A DNA stretch of 64,000 nt from the NCBI GenBank assembly GCA_965247095.1, contig OZ251997.1, forward strand, positions 384,001-448,000, given 5' to 3'. The position numbers were made by a program, and so were the translations under genes. How positions within the stretch are numbered: the first letter of the stretch is position 1; each line of letters opens with the position of its first letter. The stretch is from Candidatus Multivorans sp. (GTDB lineage: Bacteria; Acidobacteriota; Thermoanaerobaculia; Multivoradales; Multivoraceae). The notes under the pieces are model-generated. The model was not told where the DNA came from. It saw only the letters and a list, made by a program, of their open reading frames with translations, and searched no databases. Positions 32,257 to 41,405 of the stretch are shown here, in pieces.

Positions 32257-33621
32257 CTACCGTTCGGCCGGTATTGGCGCCAGAACACCCAACGGCGGCG
32301 CACCGTCCGGGCTCTCGAAGTCGACATCGAGCAGCAGGGCGATGAGATCGGCGATGTCGGTGAGACCCATGCGGTGGACCGTGCGGCCCGCTTCGAAGCC
32401 GGCGCCCCAGCCAACGAAGCCGGTGAGGATCTCGGGGAAGTCGGTGGGGAAGAAGCCGTGGGTGCCGCCGTCGGTGGGCCTTACGGGGTCGCCTGAGGCG
32501 TCGGAACCGAAGCGGACGCCGAGCGTGCCGGTGAGAGCGAAGGGGGCGTTCGGGGCGGCGCCGATGGCATCGAGTTCATCGCGTTCGACGACGCGGAACA
32601 GGCGGTGGATGGAAGCGGGCAGAGCGGCGAGGATGTCGCGCACGGCGGCGGTCGCCGCATCGTCGGCCCGGTCGTTCAGGTGCAGAAACGCGGCGCCGCT
32701 CGTGGCGTGGAAGGTCGCGCGCCATGTGCCGCGGTCGGGCTCAATGCCGTGGAGGCCGGCTTCGGCGAGCCACACGTTGGGCATGATCTGGGTGTGGAGA
32801 TCGACGAAGCCGTGGTCGCCGGTGATCACGAAAGCGGTGCGGTCGAGAATCCCTGCGCGCTCGGCGGCGTCGCGGATCGCTCCGATCGCCCGGTCGGCCC
32901 CGGCGACAGCGCGCCGGGCGACGTCGGACTCCCGCCCCTGTTCGTGCTGGAAGCGGTCGGTGGAGATGAGGTGGAGGGCCATCAGGGCCGGCCGGTAAGT
33001 CTCCAGGACGTACGCGGCGATGGCGCCCGTCGTGTCGTCGCGGGTGATGTAGTTGGCGGAGTAGTTGCGCACGTTGAGGCGTCCCGTGGCCTCCCGCTCC
33101 AATTCCTGCCACAGACCCGGCGTGCTGCCCTCGCGCATCGGCAGCAGGCGGTCGACGTTGGGGTCGAGGGAGTAGACCTCGGGGACGAGGAGGTCGATCG
33201 GTGCGCCGACGGTTACCGGCCAGGAGATCGCCGCGGTCTCCCTGCCGGCGGCTCGGACCGCGTCCCAGAGCGTGGGAACCTGGATTGCCGATTCGTGCCA
33301 GTACCAGTGGCCGGTCTGGCCGGCGGGTTCAAAGGGTCGGTTGTAGTAGACGCCGTGGCGGGCGGGTAGTGCGCCGGTCACGATCGTCGTGTGCGAGGGA
33401 TAGGTGACGGAGGGAAACACCCCGTGCACCCCCTCGGCGTGGGCGCCGTCGCGCGCCATCTGTTGCACGTTGGGGGCCGGCCAGGATGAACCTGGAACGT
33501 AGAAGTCGGGGCGGAAGCCGTCGACGGAGACGAGCACGACGTGGTCCGCCCGCGGCTGGGCGGCGAGGGGAACGGCGACCAGGAACAGGGCGCCGAGAAT
33601 GGCTGGAGCGGTGCGCTTCAC
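32257..33621 (-). CDS. Nucleotide pyrophosphatase/phosphodiesterase (alkaline phosphatase superfamily)
   Basis: VSVDGFR, PSVTYPSH, TGDHGF, signal peptide. Confidence 0.92.
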   Translation of the reverse strand: MKRTAPAILGALFLVAVPLAAQPRADHVVLVSVDGFRPDFYVPGSSWPAPNVQQMARDGAHAEGVHGVFPSVTYPSHTTIVTGALPARHGVYYNRPFEPAGQTGHWYWHESAIQVPTLWDAVRAAGRETAAISWPVTVGAPIDLLVPEVYSLDPNVDRLLPMREGSTPGLWQELEREATGRLNVRNYSANYITRDDTTGAIAAYVLETYRPALMALHLISTDRFQHEQGRESDVARRAVAGADRAIGAIRDAAERAGILDRTAFVITGDHGFVDLHTQIMPNVWLAEAGLHGIEPDRGTWRATFHATSGAAFLHLNDRADDAATAAVRDILAALPASIHRLFRVVERDELDAIGAAPNAPFALTGTLGVRFGSDASGDPVRPTDGGTHGFFPTDFPEILTGFVGWGAGFEAGRTVHRMGLTDIADLIALLLDVDFESPDGAPPLGVLAPIPAER

Positions 33622-33627
33622 CGCGTG

Positions 33628-34455
33628 CTAGACCGCCGCCGCCAACTGGCGGTCGTAGACGCTCTGCCGCATCTCTTCCAGCTTGTCGAGGTAGAGCTGC
33701 CGGTAGCTTTCGTACTCGAGGCCGAAGGGCGCGTTGCCCGGCTCGAAGCCGGCGAAGGTCTGGTTCGGGCCGTCTTCCGCGAACGGACGCATGGCCTCGA
33801 CCTGCTCCTCGAACGGGTCGATGAGGCGCGGGTGCGCGGCGAGCAGCCGTTGCAACAGGTAGACGCCGAAGGCGATGTGACGGGCTTCGTCGCGCTGGAT
33901 CAACCGGATCCCGCGCTCGAGCGCCGGGAAACGGCCGCTGCGCTCGAAGATCGAGTAGAACAAGGGGTAGCCGGCTTCGGCGCCCACGCCCTCGACGTAG
34001 AAGTGGTAAAGCATGATCGCGTTCAGCATGGCCTCGGGGCTGTCATCCGTAAACAGCGCGCGCATCGCCTGGGGCAGCCGGGTCGAGAACATGTCGCCGT
34101 GCAGATCGGGGTAGGGGATATCGACGCCGAAGCGCCCAGGAAGCGCCTCGATCAGCCAGGTCTCGAAGAACTGGACGTGGCGCGCCTCCTCGTACATCTG
34201 GGCCGTGACGAACATCTCCTCCTCGAGCCGGCCCTGCTGGCGGAGGCGGAACTGGAGCGGCGCGAGTTCGTGGGTCACGCCGCGCTCACCGACCCGGAAG
34301 CCCGAAACGAGCCGCAGGAGCAGGTTGTGTTCGTCGCCCGTGAGCGCCAGCCAGTCCGACTGCTCCTGCGAGTAGTCGATGTCGCCGGGATTCCAGGAAC
34401 GTTCGTGCGAAGCGGTGAAGAGCCGCATCGGAAGCGAGTTGTTGTCGAATGGCAT
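33628..34455 (-). CDS. R2-like ligand-binding oxidase (ferritin-like di-metal)
   Basis: WNP..ID, GERGVT, EEARH, VEGV, DEARH; no RNR large subunit nearby. Confidence 0.88.
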   Translation of the reverse strand: MPFDNNSLPMRLFTASHERSWNPGDIDYSQEQSDWLALTGDEHNLLLRLVSGFRVGERGVTHELAPLQFRLRQQGRLEEEMFVTAQMYEEARHVQFFETWLIEALPGRFGVDIPYPDLHGDMFSTRLPQAMRALFTDDSPEAMLNAIMLYHFYVEGVGAEAGYPLFYSIFERSGRFPALERGIRLIQRDEARHIAFGVYLLQRLLAAHPRLIDPFEEQVEAMRPFAEDGPNQTFAGFEPGNAPFGLEYESYRQLYLDKLEEMRQSVYDRQLAAAV

Positions 34456-34494
34456 CAGGTAGACCTCCTGGTCACAGATTCTATTGGAGAGGGC

Positions 34495-35733
34495 TCAGGC
34501 CGGATGAACGCGAAAGGTCCTGATCAACATGAGCATGGCGACCGCCATCAGCATGGATCCGGCGAGAAGCGGCGCCCCTGGCAGTTCGAAGGGCGCGGCG
34601 TCCGAGGTGAAGTAGCTGAACAGACCCGCGGTGAACACCAGCGGCGCGACGATGGCGGACAGACTCATCAGGGAGGTCAGAGCGCCCTGGACCTTGCCCT
34701 GGTCGTACGGCGCCACGGTGCCGGCGATGAGGCCCTGCACCGCCGGCCCGGCGATGCCGCCGAGCGAGCCGATCACGATCACCGTGATGAGGATCCAACC
34801 GCGAGAGGCGAGGCCGTAGCCGGCGAAAGCCAGCGTGCCGATCCCGAAGCCGATCAGTACGGCTTTGCGTTCGCCGAGCCAAGCCACGGCGTGCCGCACC
34901 AGGAGTCCCTGGACCAGGGCCGCCGAGACGCCGACCGCAGTCAGTGCGAGACCGTTCTGGAACTCGTTCCAGCCGTAGCGGTAGCCCGTGTAGAGCACCC
35001 AGCAGGTTTCGAGACCCCGCTGCGCCAGCGCCAGGAGCACGAAAGCGGCTGCCAGACTGGCGACCAGGGGATAGGCGCGCAGGTTGGAGAGACTGGATAC
35101 CGGGTTCGCGTTGCGGAGCGAGAAGGCGCTCCGGTTCTCCGGCGCCAGCGACTCGGGAAGCACGAAGAAACCGTAGATCGAGTTGATGAGGCAGAGGCCG
35201 GCGGCGACGAAGAAGGGCAATCGCAGATCGACGGTGCCGAGGAGGCCGCCAAGGCTTGGGCCCAGCATGAAGCCGATTCCGAAGGCGACGTTGATCAGAC
35301 CGTAGTTCCGGGCCCGGGTCTCGGGAGTCGAGATGTCGGCGATGTAGGCGTTCGCGGTCGTGATGCTGGCGCCCATCATGCCGGCGACAAGTCGACCGAC
35401 GAACAGCCAGGCGACCGAAGGGGCGAAGCCCATGATGAGATAGTCGACGCCGAGACCGAACATCGACAGCAGCAACACGCGACGGCGTCCGAAACGGTCG
35501 GAGAGGGCGCCGAGAATCGGGGCGAAGACGAACTGCGCTACCGCGTAGCAGGAAGCGATGACGCCCAGCATCCGGGCGGCGGACGACGTGTCGCCCCCCA
35601 TGAACTGCTCGATCAGTTCGGGCAGGATCGGGATGATGATGCCGACCCCGAGCATGTCGAGCAGGATCACCGCGAGGATGAAGGACACCCCGGCCTTGCG
35701 GCGTGGCTGTACTTGGGAATCGGAGGTCGTCAT
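34495..35733 (-). CDS. TCR/Tet-family MFS efflux transporter
   Basis: LDMLGVGIIIP, GALSDRFGRR, AYIAD, LPES. Confidence 0.93.
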   Translation of the reverse strand: MTTSDSQVQPRRKAGVSFILAVILLDMLGVGIIIPILPELIEQFMGGDTSSAARMLGVIASCYAVAQFVFAPILGALSDRFGRRRVLLLSMFGLGVDYLIMGFAPSVAWLFVGRLVAGMMGASITTANAYIADISTPETRARNYGLINVAFGIGFMLGPSLGGLLGTVDLRLPFFVAAGLCLINSIYGFFVLPESLAPENRSAFSLRNANPVSSLSNLRAYPLVASLAAAFVLLALAQRGLETCWVLYTGYRYGWNEFQNGLALTAVGVSAALVQGLLVRHAVAWLGERKAVLIGFGIGTLAFAGYGLASRGWILITVIVIGSLGGIAGPAVQGLIAGTVAPYDQGKVQGALTSLMSLSAIVAPLVFTAGLFSYFTSDAAPFELPGAPLLAGSMLMAVAMLMLIRTFRVHPA

Positions 35734-35790
35734 CGCTCGAATCGGCTCGTCGGTTCTGGGGCGCGGTGGCTAAGGCGCTAGAGTTGCGGC

Positions 35791-36282
35791 GTGAATACCA
35801 CGTCTGAAACGAGACGGTGGGCTCGAGAGCCGCTCCCGGCCCGCGCCGCGGCACGGTCCCGGTTGGTCGCCCTCGGCGCGCTCGCACTGACCGGGGTGTT
35901 CCTTGCATGCGCCGAGTCGGTGCCCCAACCGAACGAGAAAGGTCTGCGGGCTTCGTTCATTGCCCAGATCGAGGCCGACGAACACGTGAAGGACCTCAAG
36001 GTCTACGGCGACGAGATCCACTTCGCCCGCCGCGACGGCTCGGGTGAGCACGTCGAGTGGCGGGTGCGCATCGACTCGCTGGAGGTGTATGCCGGCGAGG
36101 CCGAAGGGGCCCAGGCGAAGGGTCAGGTCGTATCGGGCTGGAGCGTCGCCGGACGCCCGGTGTCGGTCGAGGTCGGGCCGGAGGGCCTGGTCACCGACAT
36201 GCCGATCTGGGTGCTCGACGCCGGCCTGGCGCCCGAGTGCTGGGCGCTCTGGGACGAGGACGCGAAAGCCTGGGGCTGGTGA
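35791..36282 (+). CDS. Hypothetical lipoprotein
   Basis: FLAC lipobox-like sequence, coding-like composition. Confidence 0.55.
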   Translation: MNTTSETRRWAREPLPARAAARSRLVALGALALTGVFLACAESVPQPNEKGLRASFIAQIEADEHVKDLKVYGDEIHFARRDGSGEHVEWRVRIDSLEVYAGEAEGAQAKGQVVSGWSVAGRPVSVEVGPEGLVTDMPIWVLDAGLAPECWALWDEDAKAWGW

Positions 36283-36356
36283 ACCGGTCGAAGCGCAGCC
36301 TGCGCGGCAGCTATGATCACGGCAGGCAGTTGAACACGGTGGTTGGAGGGCAGGCA

Positions 36357-37445
36357 ATGAGAAGGCATGAACGCTTGAACGTCGGTTGGACCGTGGCCAT
36401 GGTCGTTGCACTCCTGGTTGTCGCCTTTGCCGGCGGCGCGGGCGCCGTGGGCAACAACGCCAACAATGCCACTGACGCCGACTGGACCATGCCTCGCACC
36501 GGCGCCGGTCATCCCGATCTCCAGGGCGTGTGGGCGAACAACAACGCGACGCCGCTGCAACGTCCCGCCGCGTGGGCCGGCAAGGAACGCCTGACGGACG
36601 AGGAACTGCACCAGTTGATGGCTGCAGCGTCCGAGGCGACCAACCCCGGCGCGGACGCCCTGTTCGGCGACCAACTCGTGCTCGCCGCGATCGCGCGCAC
36701 CGAGGCCACCTCTTACGACCCGACGACCGGCAACTACAACCAGTTCTGGATCGCGGACCGGGACTGGACGAACCGTACGTCCCTGGTCATCGATCCGCCG
36801 GACGGCCTGATCCCGCCCTTCACCGAACCGGCGAAGAAGCGTCTCTGCCAGCGGGTCAAGCACCTGATGGAGCACCCCGCCGACTCGTGGCTGGACCGGC
36901 CGATTCCCGAGCGGTGCATCAGCTACGGCGCTCCGTTCATCTTCCCGGGCTACAACGGCTACCACCAGGTCTTCCAGAGCGAGGACCACGTCGTGATTCA
37001 CCAGGAGATGATCCACGACGCGCGGGTGATCCCGCTCGACGGCCGGGCGCAACTGGACGAGGACGTGCGGCTGTGGAACGGGTACTCCCGCGGTCACTGG
37101 GAGGGCGACACCTTGGTCGTCGAGACCACGAACTATTCGGAAAAGAACGACTTCATGGGTTCTTCCGAGCAGTTGAAGATCACGGAGCGCTTCACCCTCA
37201 CTGGCCCCGATACACTGGAGTGGGCGATCACGGTGAACGACCCGGGCACCTGGACCAAGCCCTGGACGGCCTCGATCCCGCTCAAGCGCACCGAGGACGC
37301 GATCTTCGAGTACGCCTGCCACGAGGGCAACTACGCGATGGGAGGGATGCTCTCCGGCGCCCGCACCGAGGAGGCGTCAGACAAGCCGAAGCAGCTCGAT
37401 CCCGGCGCCGCGTTCCGGTATCCGGGTCTGACCTGCGACTTCTGA
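36357..37445 (+). CDS. Conserved-looking secreted protein of unknown function
   Basis: Signal peptide; PDLQGVW, SRGHWEGDTLVVETTN, EYACHEGNY motifs. Confidence 0.8.
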   Translation: MRRHERLNVGWTVAMVVALLVVAFAGGAGAVGNNANNATDADWTMPRTGAGHPDLQGVWANNNATPLQRPAAWAGKERLTDEELHQLMAAASEATNPGADALFGDQLVLAAIARTEATSYDPTTGNYNQFWIADRDWTNRTSLVIDPPDGLIPPFTEPAKKRLCQRVKHLMEHPADSWLDRPIPERCISYGAPFIFPGYNGYHQVFQSEDHVVIHQEMIHDARVIPLDGRAQLDEDVRLWNGYSRGHWEGDTLVVETTNYSEKNDFMGSSEQLKITERFTLTGPDTLEWAITVNDPGTWTKPWTASIPLKRTEDAIFEYACHEGNYAMGGMLSGARTEEASDKPKQLDPGAAFRYPGLTCDF

Positions 37446-37508
37446 TCGGTTCGGCGTTTCGCTGAGCGCGTTGCGCCGCCTTTTGCGGACGCGGGCGAGC
37501 GTCCTGCG

Positions 37509-37898
37509 TCAGCGGATGGTGCGGACTTCGATACCCGGCAGTTCCAGTTCGAGCCAGGCGCGGTCGCCGGTGAGAGCTGGTATTCCTAACAACGAAGCGG
37601 TGGCAAGGCAGGCGCGGTCGCCGAGGCCAAGACCTGCGGATGCAGTTGCGGGCCGGAGCGCGCCGCTTGAAAGGGCGACTTCTGAATCGAAAGGTAGTGT
37701 CTCCATTCTGAATTCGCCCAGCGTCTTCGCGACTTCTCTGGCCTCCCATCCACGGTGATGGAGATGGGCGGCGACTTCAGCGAGGTTCACAGTGGAGATT
37801 GCCGCGCCGTCGCGCAAGGCGGCCCGGACGACCTCGGCGCCAGGCTCGCGCCAGAGCAGGGCCAACAGTGCCGAGGCATCGAGGAGGGCCCGAGCCAC
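37509..37898 (-). CDS. vapC: VapC PIN-domain toxin
   Basis: LLDASAL, STVNLAEV, LGLGDRACLA, TGDRAW. Confidence 0.92.
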   Translation of the reverse strand: MARALLDASALLALLWREPGAEVVRAALRDGAAISTVNLAEVAAHLHHRGWEAREVAKTLGEFRMETLPFDSEVALSSGALRPATASAGLGLGDRACLATASLLGIPALTGDRAWLELELPGIEVRTIR

Positions 37899-37899
37899 C

Positions 37900-38187
37900 T
37901 CAGTCTCGTGCCGCCTCCCGGCGTCGCTCGGCGATGAAGGCGTCGACTTCGCTCCCCGATGAACTTGTGCCGTGCTTCCGGGCAAGGGCCTGGGCGCGGG
38001 CGACTGCCGCGTCCACCGCCGTTTCCACGGTTGTTATCCGGATCGTGTCGCCTTCGAGATCGAGGATGACCTTCTGTCGAGGCTGAAAACCCAATGCCGC
38101 GCGAAAATGGGCTGGTACTACGAGCCGGCCTGCGGAGTCGATGATGGTGGAAGTCTGTGCGGGAGCGGGTGTGGGATCATCTGCCAT
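37900..38187 (-). CDS. vapB: AbrB/MazE-type antitoxin
   Basis: IDSAGRLVVPAHFRAALG, FIAERRRE; directly upstream of vapC. Confidence 0.88.
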   Translation of the reverse strand: MADDPTPAPAQTSTIIDSAGRLVVPAHFRAALGFQPRQKVILDLEGDTIRITTVETAVDAAVARAQALARKHGTSSSGSEVDAFIAERRREAARD

Positions 38188-38198
38188 AGCGCAGGAGT

Positions 38199-38312
38199 CT
38201 ACCATTGTGGCGCAGAATGGGAGGGTGCTCGGCTGTACCACGGGAGTGAGAGTAGTGGCCAGTCGCTGGGGCCAACGGTCAGCACGGCGGAGGGACGGAC
38301 AAAGGTGATCAC
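38199..38312 (-). pseudogene. Truncated fourth copy of the ABC-2 permease
   Basis: GTG start, MITFVRPSAVLTVGPSDWPLLSLPW versus MITVLRLSAVLIGGPRYWLLPLLPLPW, then a stop. Confidence 0.7.
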
Positions 38313-38361
38313 GCCGTCGCTCCGCCGTGCGTTGCCCGTATCGGCGGGTCGGTCGGCCCGG

Positions 38362-38658
38362 CTACACGCAGATCGTCATGCTCCGGAAGGTCAGGTGCAT
38401 CCCGACGGCGGTCAAGAAGGGGGAGCCAAGAGCCTGGCCGACGGCCGTAAGGAGCGCTCCGGCGACCGAGTCGGTCCTGCAACTGTGGCTCCGCGCTCCT
38501 CCAGCCACTCTCGTCAGGTCGGTGACCGTGAGCTGGTCGAGGCCATCGTGGCCGATGGTCGAGGTGCCGCCCGCCATCACGGCGTCAGGCGGTGTGGCGA
38601 AGGAAGCGCCGACGCTCAATACAAGGGCGATCGATGCAGTGGCTAGGAATCTCGTCAT
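38362..38658 (-). CDS. Putative bacteriocin-like precursor B (98 aa: signal, GG-type leader, 2-Cys core)
   Basis: RBS gaaagga; MTRFLA..SFA signal; GLDQLTVTDLTRVAGG; ends TICV; aligns with 40844..41146. Confidence 0.75.
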   Translation of the reverse strand: MTRFLATASIALVLSVGASFATPPDAVMAGGTSTIGHDGLDQLTVTDLTRVAGGARSHSCRTDSVAGALLTAVGQALGSPFLTAVGMHLTFRSMTICV

Positions 38659-38861
38659 GTCCAGTGGTCCTTTCGGTTGTAGAGGGTTGGGGGTAGCCAG
38701 GTGGTGGAGGCCGCTGTCCGCGGCTCTCGAGCCACCTATGGACCAAGACGGAATCGGCGCGGCTCCGTTCGTCTCGGTCACTTCGGTCCGAGCCGGCAGG
38801 GTCGTGTCCTTGCCTTGCTGTGAGCATGAGCCGCCCGACCGGAGGAGCCCGGGAAGCGGGC

Positions 38862-39551
38862 TCAGCCGCTGAGCATCTGCTCGCGGCGCTCCGCACGGGC
38901 GAAGGTCAGGGCGACGATGGCGGCGATGATGAGGGCAATGCCTATACGGTTCTGGACGGCCATGGTGAGCAACTGCTCGGCGTCGCCCCCTTTCACGGCG
39001 AGCGGGTTCCACAATGGCGAGATGCGCGGCTCGACCGAGAGGTATGCCATTCGAAGGTTCGGGGCGAGTAGTGCCATGGTTGCCATTGCGCCGGTGACCT
39101 CGCTTCGGAAGAGGGTGGCGAAACCCATCGCTGCTACCAGGTAGAAAGCGGCTCCCTGCGCCGTGCCGTAGATGGTCTGAACAACTGGAAAGGAAGTGAA
39201 GAAAGCAAAGGTAAGCACCGCCGTCGGCGTCAGACTTGCAAACAGGATCAGCCCTGCGGCAGCGAGTTTTCCGGTCCATACGCGACGGGTGCCGCCGGGT
39301 ACGGTGTAGGCGATCTCCAGGGTGCGCTCGTCGAGTTCGCCGGCGATGATCCGGCCGCCCAGGAAGACGGCGAGAACCGCGACCGGCGCACCAATCAGGG
39401 TGTTCTGTGCGTCGGCGGGCTCGAAGTTGGGCCGAAGCCCGGAGATGAGCAGTATCGCCTGAATTCCCAACCACGGCAGGGGCAGCAGCGGCAGCAGCCA
39501 GTAACGCGGGCCCCCGATCAGCACGGCGGAGAGACGGAGAACGGTGATCAT
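38862..39551 (-). CDS. ABC-2-type permease, copy 3
   Basis: About 6 TM, IAGELDERTLEIAYTVP..GKL; paralog of 39710 and 41406. Confidence 0.88.
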   Translation of the reverse strand: MITVLRLSAVLIGGPRYWLLPLLPLPWLGIQAILLISGLRPNFEPADAQNTLIGAPVAVLAVFLGGRIIAGELDERTLEIAYTVPGGTRRVWTGKLAAAGLILFASLTPTAVLTFAFFTSFPVVQTIYGTAQGAAFYLVAAMGFATLFRSEVTGAMATMALLAPNLRMAYLSVEPRISPLWNPLAVKGGDAEQLLTMAVQNRIGIALIIAAIVALTFARAERREQMLSG

Positions 39552-39709
39552 GCCGGAGCTCGGTCACCGGTCGCCTGGGCCGGCCAGAGGTAGCCGTCCC
39601 CGACCCGTCCGAGGCCATGGCTCTCGATGACCGGTGTAGTGCCCGCCACGACCGAGTTGGGCGGTACAGCGACAGAGGGGCAGACACTCAAGACAAGTGG
39701 CGACTCCTG

Positions 39710-40399
39710 CTAGCGGCTGAGCATCTTCTCGCGACGCTCCGCGCGAGCGAAGGTCAGGGCGACGATGGCGGCGATGGTGAGCGCGATGCCGATGCGGTTC
39801 TGGATGGTCATGGCGAGCAACTGCTCGGCGTCGGCTCCTTTCACGGCGAGCGGGTTCCAGAACGGCGAGATGCGCAGGTGCCCGCCGAAGCCGGTCACAG
39901 AGCCGTTCAAGCCGAATAGCGCAATCGTGACCAAGGCACCGCTCACCTCGCTGCGGAACAGCGTGGAGAAACCCATCGCCGCGGCTAGGTAGAAGCTGGC
40001 TCCTTGGCCAGCACCGTGGAGGGTCTGGACGACCGGAAACGCGGTGAAGAAGGCGAACGCCAGAACAGTCATCGGGATCAGGCTGCCAAGCAGGATCAGG
40101 CCTGCGGCGGTTAGTTTCCCCCACCAGACCCGATGGGCGCCGCCCGGGACGGTGTAGGCGACTTCAAGGGTGCGCTCGTCGAGTTCGCCGGTGATGATCC
40201 GGCCGCCGAGAAACACAGCGAGGATCGCTACTGGCGCACCGATCAAGGTGTTCTGTGCAGCGGCGGGTTCGAAGCCGGGACGGCCGGTGAACAGCAACAG
40301 CACCGCCTGAAGGCCTAGCCAAGTCAGTGGCAGCAGAGGTAGCAGCCAGTATCTTGGCCCTCCGATCAGCACGGCGGAAAGACGGACAACGGTTCTCAT
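39710..40399 (-). CDS. ABC-2-type permease, copy 2
   Basis: Same motifs, 229 aa. Confidence 0.88.
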   Translation of the reverse strand: MRTVVRLSAVLIGGPRYWLLPLLPLTWLGLQAVLLLFTGRPGFEPAAAQNTLIGAPVAILAVFLGGRIITGELDERTLEVAYTVPGGAHRVWWGKLTAAGLILLGSLIPMTVLAFAFFTAFPVVQTLHGAGQGASFYLAAAMGFSTLFRSEVSGALVTIALFGLNGSVTGFGGHLRISPFWNPLAVKGADAEQLLAMTIQNRIGIALTIAAIVALTFARAERREKMLSR

Positions 40400-40523
40400 T
40401 GCAGCTCTCCCCCGCGGGTTGCTTGGCCCGACCGGAGGTAGGTGTCTCTAGGCGGCGCGACGCCTCCTTCGCCTTGCATGTAGAGGGTGGTGGGCGGAGG
40501 GACTGGGGTGCAGGTACTCCGGT

Positions 40524-40733
40524 TCAGCATGTCCCGTCGCGACGAGCGGCCATCCTGCCGACGATCCAGAGAGCTGGCAGCGAGAAGAGGGATGCGATGG
40601 CGACGAACAGGACCGGAGAACCGCCGACGAGGGCCAACAGCCGACCGCTCAACCAGCTTCGCCCGAAGGCGCTGCCCGGGGCAGGTCGCAGCGGCCGGTA
40701 GGGGCGGCTTTGTAGGTCCATGAACGTCGCCAT
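40524..40733 (-). CDS. Small single-TM peptide (possible accessory or immunity protein)
   Basis: RBS ggaagga, ATG 40733, hydrophobic LLALVGGSPVLFVAIASLFSLPALWIV segment. Confidence 0.4.
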   Translation of the reverse strand: MATFMDLQSRPYRPLRPAPGSAFGRSWLSGRLLALVGGSPVLFVAIASLFSLPALWIVGRMAARRDGTC

Positions 40734-40843
40734 CGAGTCCTTCCAAACAGGAGCGTGATGCGCTATCCGCCCGCCTCTTTCCGGGGCCGAAGCCGGCACC
40801 CGCAATCAGAGAGTCTCATCGAGCGAGACGGCGCCGTTGTTGG

Positions 40844-41146
40844 CTAGACACACACAGCGTCCGCGAGGAACGGACCGGCCAACCCGGCAGCGTGCATGAG
40901 CCCCCTGCCCGTGTAGATCCCTACGAAGACAAAGGCCTCGCCCGTCGTCTCAAAAGCAGCAGTGCAAGCTCCGGACCACCAAGCTGCTCCCATCACGCCG
41001 ACCATCTCGGCATCCGCGAGTTGTTCGAGCCCGGGATTGTCGACGCCCGGATAGTCGCCCGCCACGGCCGTGACAGGCGGTTCTGCGAAGGCGCCGCCGA
41101 CACTCAGTACAAACGCTGCCACTGCGATAGATAGAACTTTCTTCAT
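40844..41146 (-). CDS. Putative bacteriocin-like precursor A (100 aa: signal, GA-type leader, 2-Cys core)
   Basis: RBS gaaagga; MKKVLS..AFA signal; GLEQLADAEMVGVMGA; ends AVCV. Confidence 0.78.
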   Translation of the reverse strand: MKKVLSIAVAAFVLSVGGAFAEPPVTAVAGDYPGVDNPGLEQLADAEMVGVMGAAWWSGACTAAFETTGEAFVFVGIYTGRGLMHAAGLAGPFLADAVCV

Positions 41147-41405
41147 GATTCTTGTTCCTTTCCGTTTCATGGGTTCTTGTTGCCGTCGACCCCTTCGGAG
41201 AGGCCGACGACGCTGGTAGACGGGAAGGTCCTGCGGAAGCCGAGGAGGCTTCGCAGGTCCACCGCCGCGCAGCGCCTTACGGCGTGCAGGGACTGTGGAC
41301 CGCCTATAGACCTATGACGGAATTCGGAGCGGCTTTTTCTGGCGAGGACCCTGAGAGGGGGCTGGGTGGCAGTGGCTGCGTGTCAGGTCGAGGGCGGAAC
41401 CCGGC

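Noticed and set aside
33628-34455. Ribonucleotide reductase beta subunit
   Set aside because: Short, lacks an adjacent nrdA, and its motif pattern fits R2lox better.
34495-35733. Acquired tetracycline resistance gene
   Set aside because: No tetR or mobile context and host-like composition; family membership does not show the substrate.
33541-35781. Long antisense and overlapping ORFs, such as 746 aa here, 49260..51491 and 52241..54274
   Set aside because: These are shadows of real genes on the opposite strand, expected at high GC, and carry no motifs.
38362-39687. 441-aa ORF in the ORF track
   Set aside because: Only the last 98 codons have an RBS and protein-like sequence; the rest overlaps permease 3 out of frame.
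38362-41146. Lanthipeptide or other modified RiPP cluster
   Set aside because: No LanB/C/M, YcaO, radical SAM or C39 peptidase genes in the window; unmodified disulfide peptides are the simpler reading.
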